Positions 27,801-38,900 of a DNA stretch of 64,000 bases are shown one piece after another; position 1 is the first letter of the stretch; each line of letters begins with the position of its first letter. The notes beneath the pieces were generated by a model. The model did no database searches, was not told the origin of the DNA, and saw nothing but the letters and a program-made list of their open reading frames with translations. The DNA comes from Laetmonice hystrix (Eukaryota), in contig OZ249436.1 in NCBI GenBank assembly GCA_965235115.1, positions 30,630,001-30,694,000 on the forward strand, read 5' to 3'. Position numbers and translations under genes: made by a program.

Positions 27801-27878
27801 ACTTCGGGTGTACAGGGAACCAACGATTCCTCGACAAATGTCAACCCTGCCGCCGAGGGTAAAACCACGCTGATGTGA
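487..27878 (+). CDS. Giant mosaic GRL101-like / LGR (RXFP-related) class A GPCR, ~2093 aa, 35 exons: SP-SMB-CTLD-EGF-CUBx5-CTLDx2-LDLa x~7-LRR-7TM
   Basis: Phase-consistent exon chain totalling 6282 nt: 487-544, 8469-8630, 9669-9890, 10537-10764, 10935-11057, 11334-11487, 11853-11981, 13226-13323, 13436-13618, 13753-13944, 14493-14686, 14894-15059, 15614-15769, 16113-16271, 17059-17199, 17715-17933, 18153-18256, 18539-18656, 19025-19221, 19390-19514, 19798-20033, 20599-20870, 21113-21227, 21513-21632, 21754-21861, 22156-22278, 22556-22675, 22917-23150, 23385-23519, 23637-23747, 23952-24989, 25077-25185, 25476-25605, 25898-26043, 27722-27878. GRL101/RXFP-type motifs: FKFCC...[10 protein letters not shown] hinge, [68 protein letters not shown]. 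The 7TM/LRR/LDLa part is secure; joining the first exon and all N-terminal exons into one transcript is inferred. Confidence 0.85.
996..1241. mobile_element. Pair of identical 75-bp palindromic mini-MITEs in opposite orientation (996-1070, 1167-1241)
   Basis: Copy 2 is the exact reverse complement of copy 1; each has ~25-bp arms AGGCCTGWACCCACTAGCGCGTTTT; flanks are TA/TAA/TTA. Confidence 0.8.
2299..3944. mobile_element. Foldback-like non-autonomous DNA element with ~290-bp modular inverted arms
   Basis: Termini TATGGTGGCCCATA..TATGGGCCACCATA. Each arm has ~13-14 copies of a 17-bp unit GCGTGTTAGAAAAATCC (2348-2587; inverted 3663-3893). Flanks ATATAC/ATATTC. Confidence 0.85.
4322..4964. mobile_element. 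TTAA-flanked MITE (Kolobok/piggyBac-type target site)
   Basis: TTAA|AGGGATTCTCAC ... GTGAGATACTCTCT|TTAA; a related internal fragment lies at ~50377-50530. Confidence 0.6.
5518..5914. mobile_element. MITE with short TIRs
   Basis: TATAGGGAGCGTAA ... TTACGGTCCCTATA. Confidence 0.55.
6499..6762 (+). mobile_element. tRNA-derived SINE with V-SINE-like central domain
   Basis: A-box TGGCCGAGTGG (6511), B-box GGTTCGATTCCC (6582), central GGTTTCCTCCGGGTACTCCGGTTTCCTCC, CCCA tail; exact 14-bp TSD CACCCTTATATTGA at 6485-6498 and 6763-6776. Confidence 0.9.
7161..7463 (-). mobile_element. TTAA-flanked MITE, copy 1
   Basis: TTAA|AGTGATACAAACATCAC ... GTGATGTCTGTAGCACT|TTAA; reverse-complement homologue of 13971-14302. 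Confidence 0.8.
8469..8630 (+). CDS. GPCR exon encoding a somatomedin-B domain
   Basis: [36 protein letters not shown] fits the 8-Cys SMB pattern; tttcag acceptor, gtaagt donor, phase 1-1. Confidence 0.85.
9172..9369 (-). mobile_element. Possible degenerate 3' remnant of a LINE (CR1/L2-like) ORF2
   Basis: [14 protein letters not shown]...SIHSFK..KK.L resembles the S(F)..(G)P..(W)N.L...S...FK C-terminal motif of these elements; short and divergent. Confidence 0.4.
9669..11057 (+). CDS. GPCR exons encoding C-type lectin domain 1 (9669-9890, 10537-10764) and an EGF domain (10935-11057)
   Basis: [12 protein letters not shown]....VFIGA..WVWADG..W.SGEPD...ETC...WVDFRC....[16 protein letters not shown]...[15 protein letters not shown]. 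Confidence 0.85.
9931..10563 (+). repeat. 43-bp minisatellite made of splice acceptor plus exon start (14 full units and a final functional copy)
   Basis: Unit ATGTACAGTGGGTGTGGGCTGACGGAG(G/C)C(T/C)GTGT(A/G)ACTTTCAG. First unit starts at 9936, last at 10537 (601 nt = 14x43-1). Confidence 0.95.
11334..18656 (+). CDS. GPCR exons encoding about five CUB / CUB-like domains
   Basis: CUB1 is canonical ([22 protein letters not shown]...[11 protein letters not shown]...VCG...[23 protein letters not shown]). Later repeats are more divergent (CYWEIV..IVNLTF, RYCG, YCKWTM, GPFCGS, VLSPGLP). The repeat count is approximate. Confidence 0.75.
11511..11668. mobile_element. PIF/Harbinger-like MITE
   Basis: TIR GGGCCCATTTCACTAAC / GTTAGTGAAATGGGCCC with a 3-bp TSD CTG. 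Confidence 0.75.
12164..12403 (+). repeat. Dispersed repeat family (TTAA-ended); other copies at ~7680-7770 and ~61270-61555 (reverse)
   Basis: Shared CAAAATGCAGACATGG..CCTTAGACTAC..GAAATCTAAT..ATGAAGCGA.CGTCTCATG..TTGACCTGGCAT..CAGCCAATG.AATTCATC segments. Confidence 0.7.
13971..14302 (+). mobile_element. TTAA-flanked MITE, copy 2
   Basis: TTAA|AGTGCTACAGACATCAC ... TGATGTCTGTACCACT|TTAA; shares internal GATCTAGATAGATCACTGTGAGTTG with copy 1. Confidence 0.8.
16388..16562. mobile_element. Near-perfect palindromic GGGCCC-type MITE
   Basis: ~77-bp arms CTGGGCCCGGTTTCAGAAAGGTTAGCATGATCTTAACT...; a related element lies at ~52208-52381. Confidence 0.8.
16586..16862. repeat. AT-rich ~21-bp minisatellite
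   Basis: About 12 copies of TTTTTGTTACATTATTATATA variants. Confidence 0.9.
19025..21227 (+). CDS. GPCR exons encoding C-type lectin-like domains 2 and 3
   Basis: [58 protein letters not shown]....[32 protein letters not shown]. Confidence 0.8.
21513..23747 (+). CDS. GPCR exons encoding LDL-receptor class A repeats (~7, some degenerate)
   Basis: [14 protein letters not shown]...[88 protein letters not shown]; all are phase 1-1 exons. Confidence 0.9.
23952..24989 (+). CDS. GPCR large exon: LRR-NT, LRRs, hinge and TM1-TM4
   Basis: Contains the 303-aa ORF 24086-24997: LxxLDLSxNxL repeats followed by the hinge and hydrophobic helices. Confidence 0.95.
26230..27345. mobile_element. Two related long hairpins in inverted orientation (26230-26375 and 27195-27345), Crypton-like palindromic non-autonomous repeat
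   Basis: 27236-27342 has ~45-bp perfect arms around TTCGGGCTTCGCCCTCA; a diverged reverse copy lies at 26230-26375. The superfamily call is inference from the GCGAAGC-type loop. Confidence 0.6.
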
Positions 27879-28449
27879 CCGCCGCGACCCAACACTGGAA
27901 GACTTTTATAACGGAGCTGACCCAGTCCAACCGATCTCAATATTCACGGCATGACAATATTCCACAAGCTTCTCTTAAATTTTAAAAACTCTTAGAAATC
28001 CTTGTCCATGTCTGTACAGCTTTGCCGTTTTCGTGGTATTTAAGTTATCGTCAGAGAAGATTTCCTCGGAACAAAATGGAATTTCTCGCAAGACAGCAGG
28101 GTTTACGGGCAACCCTTCAAGTAACGTTTAGAGGGTGTTTGTCCGGCGGACTTTTTACGACTCACACCACCTTATCAGCCTTACGCCACATGCGACACAT
28201 GAAATGGTAGACTCAAAAATGTCTACTTTGTATCTATTGTTTGTATCTTGCGCACAGACTACAAACGGTAAAGCACGTGTTAAAATAAAAGCAGTGATTT
28301 TGCCAATGGTATCGACTGTTCATTTTACAAGATATTTACAAGATAGGAAATTGAAAGAGACCCGGTGTCAAAAGCCCGGAAAATACGGTGCGGGCAAATA
28401 TTCCGGAACAACTCTCCCTATAATACTGCTTATAAATGGCCGGTTTAAT

Positions 28450-31400
28450 TCAGGCAGCATTGCCATTCGACGATTCCTTTAACGCGACCATTTCTTCACC
28501 AGCGGTTTCACCCTTCCCTTGCACTTTCACTTCTAGCTCTTCATCAGAATAAACCACTTTCCGGCTCAGGAAAAGTCCGATGCAGTACATGATTGTTGCC
28601 AGGCCCTTTAAGATAACTGTCAGACCGTGCAGTCTGTACCTGAATTTTGTGTTGTGGTAGACTAAACACGCACCCTTGGCAGAACACGAGGTATCGTTCA
28701 ACAAACACGTTCCATCGATGGCCAGGCCGAAAACCATAGGTGCAGGAAACACTGGAAATAGGACATAATTGGGTGACGTCAATGGCGTTTGGTTTTTTTT
28801 CACAGATAGGCTACTGGTCGATTATATTGATCATGCACCTCCTTTCAAGTGTTGCAAATAGACTTTATAAAAACGTTTACATGTAGGCCTACTGTTCTTT
28901 GCGGAGGTCACAATACTATTCTGAGGATAGTAAGTGTTGAGTATTCGTGATGTCCTACCGAGAATTTGCATGATCGATACAGCTAGTGCTATAGCCAGTG
29001 CCTTGTCCTTGTAGCTCACGCATCTGAAAAACAAAATCAGTAAAATCAAATCGGGCCTTTTCCACAGTAAGGCTTTACGTACACAAGCAATTTCTTCTAG
29101 TTCTAGATACTAGGCCCATCAGTCACTGGATCAGAATGGGTACATTTCTCATACAAATTTCTCTGGTCTACCATATAGCAGACACATTGACAAGTGGCAT
29201 TATGCCAGTTATTATTCCCATACAATTTATATACCCTGGTTTATGCTCAGAGCATAGGCTAGACCTGTTAATCTATACTGAATCTTAGACTTAATCTTGA
29301 TATCTTAGATGTTTTACCAACCTCATAATGACTGTAAAAGATGGGATGATATACATGCTGGTGACAAATGACGTCACGAATAACACGACGGCGTACGCAA
29401 CGAGAATACTTCCACATTGAAAGTCACACTTTCCCGGGTTTACTGTGCCGTCAGCAGGGGGCGCTATACAACTACATTCGGACAGGACCTGAGAGAAAGT
29501 GACGCAGGTTATTATTAACTTGCGGTCGATGAACAACCATAATTTAGTCAGGAGAGAAGAGAACATAGCATATCATGCGAAATCCGGTGGATTTTTTTCA
29601 ATAAAGTCTTCATTCTGACAAGATCATCCTGAGTCTGCAAGCCTACTCACGGTAGTGCTGTTGGCCACGGTAGTTCCGGAACATCCCGCGTAACAAGCCG
29701 ACACGTAGTTGACCCCATTTGAGCCGCACACAGGTGAGAAAATCCGAGAATCGCAGGTACAGTTGAGGTTACACGGAGCCTGGGGGCCTACCTGCAACCT
29801 TCAATATAGAAAGAAAACGCACTTGCCATTTTGCTTTTTTAATTTTCTCCAGCTTTCTTTATCAACTTCCATCATCGCGTCTACAGGCAACTACGTCAAG
29901 TAGACTTGCATTACGGTTGAATTAGCAAGTCAAGAATATACCCACGCATAAAGAGGGGGTCTTGATCTACCGGTAATTTAATAAAAACATGATTGTATAT
30001 ATATATATCTGATAATTATGAACGTACTTGAACTTTTTGACCGGGCCAGTCCATGGTTGATGAGGACATCCAAGGAACATGAGAACGAGGAACCCAGTAA
30101 CACTCAATATACTGATTATGACGACAATTTTCATCGTAATGAAAGCTGATATCTTCCTGCGACCAATCACACGGCCACTGATAACTGGTCCAGTCGACCA
30201 CGCCAACGCCATGATGATACCTTAAAAACACTTTTATATATAGGCCCGAATTTTTACAAATAACTCTAACTTAAGATGCCAATAAATTCTACAAATGGCA
30301 CTATGTGAATGTTTTTGATTCGTCGAAAGCTATCCTTCTACCTAAAGAACCACAAATCACCTGTTAGAAGACTGGCGAAGGAGGCTGTTTGTCCAAAATG
30401 TAGCTCGATATATTTTGGTAGGAAGGTCATATAGCCCATCAGATAAACGTCGAAACAAACGGCCAGCAAAACCACCATGTAGAGTGGATTCTTGACCAGC
30501 CTGAGCAAGGCACACGGAAGGTCTGTTGGCATGAAATCAACAATTTATGGTCATAAGGCCTTTTTATATGAGTTTTCTTAGTTCCAGCACGCCAATGGGA
30601 ATGGCATAATAAACATTATGTCAAGGAAGTAACTAACAATACATGGCTATGATGCAGACACATTGATCGATCGAAGAGAGGCTGTATCAGAGTTGAAGGA
30701 GATGAACCCCCATAAATGAAAGAAATTCGTGTTTGAATTGTTCATTAACAATGTACCTTGGCCTAACTATGCCATTGAGCTTCACTGAATGTGATATTGT
30801 CTAGATAAACTGAGCATGGCGAGCATTCGGACGACCTTACCCTTGGCGTTGGCGAGCAAACTCTTGTCCTCCTTGACGACGGGGCCGCCCTGTTCCAAGT
30901 GTGGCGGGAAGAATACCATGGGTAGAGCCGACAATAGGACTAGTCCGGAACAGATGACAAACCCAAGCCACCATGCTCCCACCCAGCGAGGGTCACGCTG
31001 GTCAATACCGGGATCTGTCCAACACCAACAACTACTGGCTATAATCTATAATTCAAGGTCTATAGGCCATCATTGCACATAGTATAGATCTCGAGTTTTT
31101 TACATGCAACAGCCCTGTTGGGGACATGAAGAAAAAATTCGTTTCAGAGAAATTTTTTGTGGTGATCTCGTAATTACCACTTAGTGACGTAATTAATTCG
31201 TTATTACGACTTAATGATAACGACTTAGTGACGTCCTTAACTCGTTATTACCACTTAATGACGTCACTAAATGGTTATTACGAGATCACCAATTTTTTTC
31301 TTCTCTGAAACAAACGCGATTAACTCGTAATAACGACTTAGTGACGTCATTAAGTCGTAATAACGAGTTAATGACGTCACTAAGTTGTATTTTTTTCTCT

Positions 31401-32690
31401 GAAACGATTTTTTTATACTTGCCCCAACAGGGCTCCGTACCTACGAAATTGCCTTTAAAAAAAGAAAACGGTATTTTATTCGACCAGAACACCCTGGATC
31501 CACCCCCTCCACACGATCCACACACACTAACCTGTCAAGTCCACATATTTGCTGTTTGCCCACGCGCCTAGAAGGAAAGCTAGCACAGGTGAAAGTGCCC
31601 TCACAGCAAACATGACACCTGCAATTGAAACAGAACAGGTACCCCATTCAGTATTTTCTGATGTGTACGTTTCAACTATACATCAGGGTATAAGAAAACT
31701 GACGTCTTGCTGTAGCGGATATTTCATGACCACTCCATGTCCAGACGGTGTTATACCGTGATAATATTCCACGAGGCGTAGCCGAGGGGCATTACGTCAG
31801 ATCGGCGAAATCTTGCGCCGTCATGTCATTTTTATCATTGCACACTGCTGTGACTCAAGACATTGCCGTGAGATTTGGAACCGCTCCGGCGCTCAGAGTG
31901 TGCTTTAATAATGTATTTTTTTACGCGTGCTTAGTGCATATTACTCACCGAAATATTTAGGTGAATCATCAGCATTATCGTCCAGGTAGGTGATACCTAA
32001 AGCCACTGTTGGGGAGTTAGCCATTCCCTGGAGAATTGAGGCGACAGTGAAGATGGCCACGGCCACTGCATTATACGTGAAGAGTCCGCTGCCACTTGTC
32101 CGGCACCGGTCTTCCATGCTGGCAGCGCTGGCAGGAGCACTGTTCGCGGAACAGTACATGCTGGAATCCACACTTTCTGTTTCATTTCGCGAGCTCGACT
32201 CCGAGGACCGTGCCATTGTCCCCGCGCCGTACATAAAATGCGGCACGGCAAAGAGGAACACGGCAAAAGAATTTATGACGGTTGCTATGGCGAAAAGCCT
32301 GGGTTTGTTCGAGTGCCTGCAGAAATGGCTGACGATGATGACGGTCAGAAAGAATCCTATGTTGTCGGCGTTCTTTAGAAAACCAGTGACGGAGCTGGTG
32401 AGTCCGAATCGTTTCTCGATCTGTGTGATGACGGCCGTGTAATAAATCAGGTTCAATCCCGAGAATAAGTTCATCATCGATAGGACGAAGGTGAAGACAC
32501 GGATGTCGGCGGCCCACTGGAGCCAAGAGGGTCTCCAGGTGAGCACGCCACACATCCCGTCCCGTGGGCGGACATCTTCTTGGCCAGCATCTGCAGCCTT
32601 GTCGGCTCCAGCGTCTGTCCTGTCCGGGGAAGGGGCCTGAAGTAAGGGGGTCTCTCCAGGCCGACCGACCGGTTTGGTGTTGGCGGACAT
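28450..32690 (-). CDS. Organic anion transporting polypeptide (OATP/SLCO family), ~679 aa, 9 coding exons
   Basis: Exons (minus strand): 32690-31949, 31618-31532, 31014-30841, 30522-30361, 30220-30028, 29798-29651, 29488-29322, 29023-28959, 28751-28450; 2040 nt with consistent phases. OATP signature DPRWVGAWWLGF; ITQIEKRFGL; GITYLDDN; Kazal-like loop CNLNCTC..FSPVCGSNGVNYVSACYAGC; FGLAIDGTCL..C..KGACLVY. An acceptor at 32705/6 lies just upstream of the ATG, so a non-coding exon must lie further upstream. Confidence 0.93.
31109..31439. mobile_element. MITE with internal TTAGTGACGTCATTAACTCGTTATTAC repeats; second partial copy at ~46059-46325
   Basis: Termini AGCCCTGTTGGG(G)AC ... GCCCCAACAGGGCTCCGTA; the second copy starts TACGGAGCCCTGTTAGGGACATG. 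Confidence 0.75.
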
Positions 32691-35600
32691 GTTGAAACTT
32701 TTGGTCTGAAACAATAAGGTCTGACTGTCTGCCACACCCGAAAGACGGTTTATACATTCACAGCACGCCAGCAAGAATCTTATGCGATGAACATAGATAG
32801 TCAGACCACCTTCCGCAACACTGATTTTGATTTGCAATCAATTACACAATCACATAAGCGATTCTACCAACTGCCAAGGAGTATAGGACGATACTTCAGA
32901 CTCGCAATAACGAAGCCCATTTGATACGTTGTCATGTTATAAATCCTGACGGAGACACTGATTATATTTTTTCTACACAACCGAGTTCACTCAAGAGGCA
33001 TAGATTGTCGGTAGGATGGAAACATATATTATGTGTATGGGACCGTAACCTGTACCATATCCATGTATGCCCCCGAGTCATATAGCCATAATATATCAAC
33101 TAGCACTATTCAGATACTTGTTTTTCCAAATAGTTTTCGGCACGTTTAAATATAGTTGTACAAGTGAATAATTTATGACAGTAATGTCATGATCTAAATC
33201 TGGTGTACGGGGGTGCCTAGATGCCCTAAATGACGCGGCCCTCTTTGGCTTGGAGGCAGGGTAGGTCCTCTCAGAACATCATGTGGTTAGTGCCTTGTCC
33301 TGTTCTATACTGTTAGCAGGCCTATACTCAGTAGCGGATCCAGGGAGTTAGGGGGATTAACCCCCCTCGGCAACCTATTTTTCTTTTTCCCCATACAACA
33401 TGTATAACTTTCTGAATTGACCATGCTGAACCCCTCTCCTCCAAGCAAATTCTTCCCTACAAAGTGATGAGGTTTAAAGTTATAAGTGAGAGGCGTGCCC
33501 TTATATAGGTTTACTTGTAACTCTAACCGTACCCCTACTGGATCATGACCGAATTATGAACACCCTCTGATGGAAATGTATGTCAGTATACGAGGGGGGT
33601 GGGGTACGCATCTCTGTATCTATATGTATGTCATGAAGCCCAACATGGCGGGTACTTGGCGACCTCTTTAGAAACCATGTTTGAGACGGTCTGTATACTA
33701 ACCTAAGCAACTGTCGAGAACGACTTGAGTCTTACGTTTGTTTACTGAGTTCAATGATATGTCAGGAAAGAGTGATTTATATATAGAGCGTGAACAGCAG
33801 ACTGGATGGTGCGGTATACTGCTATATATAGATGATGTCAGTGACGTTTAGGATATGGCATTCTGATACCATAAACGAACCTCACCTGGTTTTGACGTTG
33901 TTATCAACCCCGGAGATGTTTGTATCTCCACTGAGACGGTGGCACACTTTAACGGTTTCCTTTTCAGTGAAGCAGTCGCCGTAGTTCTTGTAGTGCAACG
34001 TTATGTTGAGACCAGCCTTCGTCTGCAGGGTAGGATCGAGGTCTAAGTATGTCACAGATCATTTGGTCAGCAAGCCTTCTATTGCTGAGCGCCTAGGGGA
34101 CTTGGCCTCTCACCCCTCCCCCAAACCTGTCAAAGCTTGTCGTGGTGTAAACACTGCCAAGGCGTACAGAATTCGTAGTTAATAGTTTGCTCACCCAGCT
34201 ACAGCGCCCTTTGAATCGAGGCCCTCTGGTGTGACTGCTCTGTTCTAAGTTTCAACAAAACAATCTGGTTCATCAGTAGAGGGGTATGATCTACCTTATC
34301 ATAATTACAAATACCTACATTATCTATATTTATGTAGGTCTGTGTACATCTGTGTATCTATGTAACCTGCTACTTCTACATACAAACTACATACATGTAC
34401 ACTATTATAGAGGCCTGGAGACAGATGCTTTTAGTATGAATTAGAGTAGACTCGTTATAAATTAATTTTTATAATGAGTGTACAGTATGCATGTGCAGAT
34501 TTAGAAGTAGGCCTATAATAACGACTACACTTGTAGGCGGACGGGTGGGTGCATTCTCCTGTATCCACATGGTTACGACCCACTCCTCCGTCCCTATCTA
34601 TCCTATCCAAATCTAGCATTTACCCGTTTTACAACAAAATAGCCATGACTGGTCTTTTTTACTTTTCTATTGGATGTTTTTTTATGAGTTGCGTCACGCC
34701 ATCTCTACACACTTGGTTTGCCCAGCCACAGTGTTGATGTTCGGCACACGGTCTTCATGGTTGACATACAGACGGGCGAGCTGCGGACTGAAGGAACGCC
34801 CAAAAACTATATTCTGTGAGGATACTCACGTACACACACACATACAAGGGCCGTAATCAGTCCTTAAAAAGCGATGAGGCATGCATTTTTTAATTTTGAT
34901 ATCATTCAAAATGGCCGTTTGGCAGACATCTTGGATGTAAACACATTTCGAGCAATAAACTCAGACAAAACGATCCCGATTTCTTTCCAATTTAATGCAA
35001 GGTAGAAGTATATGTGGGGTACTGTATATGCCAATATATTCTCTGTTAAGAGCAAATATGGCGACATGGGGCCATATTATTTTGTTTACTCCCGAAAATA
35101 ACACTGTTTTGGCTCATATCTCGAAAACGGTGCAAGATAACGCAATAGTCACTATTATTGACAGATACGAAGTCATATATGAAGTTTCGTTTTGGCGCCA
35201 TTTTCTATGACCTTGAGTGACCTTGAAAGGTCAATCAAGGTCATGCATTAGGTTTCACCATTTCCCTTAACATTGAGTAACCTTGTGAGATCAATCAAGG
35301 TCAAGGACATTTTTGACGATTCATATCTCGAAAAACCTCAAGTTATCATGAAGTTTCTTTGTGACTCATGTATCACGGATATTCTCACATGGACTGTATC
35401 TCAAAAATACAAAGTACGCATAGTTCCTAGACCCACAGATAATTAGTCCCTACCCAGTTGGGGGATGTGACTAATTATTATTTATAATTATTCTTCAAAT
35501 GGGGGAAAAGTTCTATATTCTTGCCCCGTAAAAAGGCATGCCCAGTCTGTCGGATAGTGTGTGAATTTGCACACTGGGTGATCAAACACTGTAGTGCGTG

Positions 35601-35896
35601 CCTGACTCGAAAGGTGGCGCTGGGGTACAAAGGCATATCAGGCCGAGGGTTATTTCGCAAGGGAAATGTCGCCGTTATAGGGGCAAAGATACACAGAGCG
35701 CTGTTTCTGACAAATGATAAATTTCTGTCGATTTTAAAATATTCTATGAAATAAAAACATAATATTTTGCATCAATAAAATTATAAAAGTGATTGCGACA
35801 GGCTTGATGGTGCGCATAATTTATTGAATGGCACCATGTAATTTATGTGCAGAGCTTTCTGTCTGTCTGTCTCTTTGGTTCTCTCTGTCTCTCTGT

Positions 35897-35942
<46 letters not shown>

Positions 35943-38900
35943 CCTCTCTCTCTCTCCCTATCTCTCTCTCACTGAGAAAGCCACCTTTCCAGGATCTGCT
36001 GAAGTTCTTTTCATCCCTTTTTTCAGCGCATACTTCATGGCTTTTACCTTTGATATACACGTCTATGAGCAAGATAAAGTCAATAGTGCACCGAACGGCC
36101 TTGACGACCGTTCATCATCACATGCCCATAAAACAGCCATTATTGTCGCCACACACGTGCGTCGTTCAAGGGGCGCTCGTGCAAATGCATGAAGCCTCCT
36201 TTACAGTGTGAGCAGCTTTACATGAAACCCAAACAAGGCCTTCTGAAGACGCTCGCTACGTCGAGGCACCGCGTCTCGTACACACGTCGTGTAACGCGAC
36301 TCGGAGTGCGTGACGGTTTGAACCTGTACTTCAGTAGACGACGGTCGGTAGCGACGGGTGTCATCTCGGCACTTAAACTAGAGTCGCATTTCCTTGGTGA
36401 TTATAGGGTTTACATAACTCAGCAGTTTGAACAAATCTTGCTCTTTTTTTGGGTTTATATCAGGTGTGTGGCAATTATCCCGAAAGGGTCATAGTAAGCT
36501 CCGAGGTTTTGGCCAATTTGACTCTCCGTCATGCGGAAACTTGGTATCATTAGTGGTATTCTAAATCCTTCGCCTTTTTCATGTCGGACAAAATTACCGT
36601 CTTATTTCATCTTATATTTCTAAGAACCCAAGCGTTCTAGACCTCTTCTACGTTGGACACGCCATAATGTACCTACCAGTCATGCATTTTCGCAAAATGC
36701 ATAAATAAGAAAACTGGAGGTGTCTCGTACCAATAACATGAAATAGCATAGGCGTAAATAAGGGAGCTTGGGAATTTATAGCCCCCCTCCATATATTTAG
36801 ATTCAAAGAGAAAATAAAATTATACAGGGCGGATCAAGGAATTTGGAAGGGGAGGGGTCTATGGTGAGAATCTGGCAAAAGGGAGGTCCAACACGGTTAA
36901 TTCAGAAACACTATGGGAAGAATTGACGGCAAGGGGGGGGGTGACCCCAGGACTTCAGGCGAGCTTTTTCAAGTTTGTAAATCTGCATGTCACTGCGAAA
37001 GCTTTACGCAGTTTTGTTAGCATTGAAAAAGTGATAGCATTAATGAAAAAAAGACACAACCCTCTCGCTTGTCACAAGTAAATCTCTTTAATATAGGGTA
37101 GGCCTACACCGAAAACTGAGCGTTGTACTATACAGATTATAAGTGTAGGGTCTGTGTGGCAAGCACGTAGAGGTCATCTAGGCTACATGTAAATACTTCT
37201 ATGCATAGTACATGCATACGTCAACATAGTATAGACTATAGGTGTTAAGACTAATATAATTCTTTCAATTACTCAAATCTTGTCAATTTTTTTCAAGTAA
37301 AAAGGTGTGTACATGTATTTAATTTCAAATTTCTTTAAAAGGGTTCATTGAACGCTGCTAATAAGTTAATTCCTATTTCTGTTGGAATGAGAACATGCAG
37401 GCCTAACTAAGTTGAAGCAGTGCTCATTCAGGGCTCATTGCGTAATCTTTCGTTCGCTAAAATTCCTATTGAAAAACGTTAGTGCTGCATTTATTGCATA
37501 GTTTTCAAAAAGGAATTCCGACTTAGTAATGGCTTTATCCTTTGTTCCTAATTGCCTCAAGCTCAAAAGAACTCAGTGTAGTGAATGAGTGAGCGAGTAG
37601 TAGTGGATGAGTGTCAACATGAAACTTTGGGCGTGAATACCAACCTTGGTGCTCGGAGGAAGAGGGTAATGGTACCCCTGCATCAAGCATGACATTTTTG
37701 GACAATTCAAGTTCTAAATGAGGCCCTACCACTGCAGCTGGAGATATTTCCTATATCGGTGCGACCATGGCGCCTGAAGGTCAGTGTCGTAATGGCCCCT
37801 GGGCGGGAACAGGAAACGCGGGTCGCAGCCGACTTTCGGCAACACCGGCGTACGACCGGAGTTTCCGGATCCGGAGGGGCACACGGTCTCTATGGCAACT
37901 GGCAGGTGATGGAGTCGGATTGGGTGGTTGGGGCGATCCGTCGAAATCAGGAGAGGTTACCGCAACTTTGTAAGGTTTCAGTACTGATATAAAAGGTGGA
38001 TCAATATCCATTCCAAATGAGATATTCTCACTCCTTGCCCAGAAGTTCGGTTGGACTCAACCAAACTCTTTGCTACAGTCTAACTCACTCCAGCAGCGGG
38101 CGAAAATTCATACGCTAGTGTACATCCGCAAGTGGTTTGTCCAAAATATAACCCTTACACAAAGGTGGCCTACAGTTGAAAAACTATCAAATCAACTTTA
38201 GATCCTACAACATTTACAAATCAGTTGTGTCAATGTTACAAATATGTGGTAAGTTAGGGGCGGACCATTTGATACGTGGGGGGCTATGTTGTTGTTTTTT
38301 AATCCATTTACCAAACACAGAGGAAAAATAGTTTGTTCGTCAAACTACATTTAAAAAAATACTTTGCTCCATATGCAATATAGTATAGTCGAAATGGGGG
38401 AGGGGCGAAAAAAAAATGAAAAAAATGACAGCTTTGGCCTGAGGGCAAACAAAAGTTTGCTCATGAAGAAAAACCATAACGCCCCCCCCCCCTCCCCGCG
38501 TATCACCTGGTCCACCCCTTGTCAAGCCCTGGGCCCTGTAGTAGGCCTGCTGGCAACTCTATTTATCAGGGAACTGTGTATTTATCTAGTTTACATGATC
38601 GGTAATACAGGAAATGATAGATTATTGCGCCGATTTTAACTATAAAGCAAGTTATAAATAAAACGTGTTTTTTTTTATTATCGTGAGGACTTTTCGGCAC
38701 AAGTTAGCCTGTGCCTTCCCTTCCATAACGCTATAAACTGGACCTGATCACACCCGAGCGATAATATATTTTCTCTTACGTCACAACCATTCACTGACGT
38801 TAGCTCTTTTTCACAGCGAAAAAGTAAGTCAAAAGTAGTCCCACCAGCTCCCACAATGCCTCTGTGCCCAGTCACGCGAGCGGGCAAGCATGAGATATTC

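Noticed and set aside
31990..32757. 150-aa (+) and 191-aa (-) ORFs overlapping OATP exon 1
   Set aside because: Antisense or alternative-frame shadows with no recognisable motifs.
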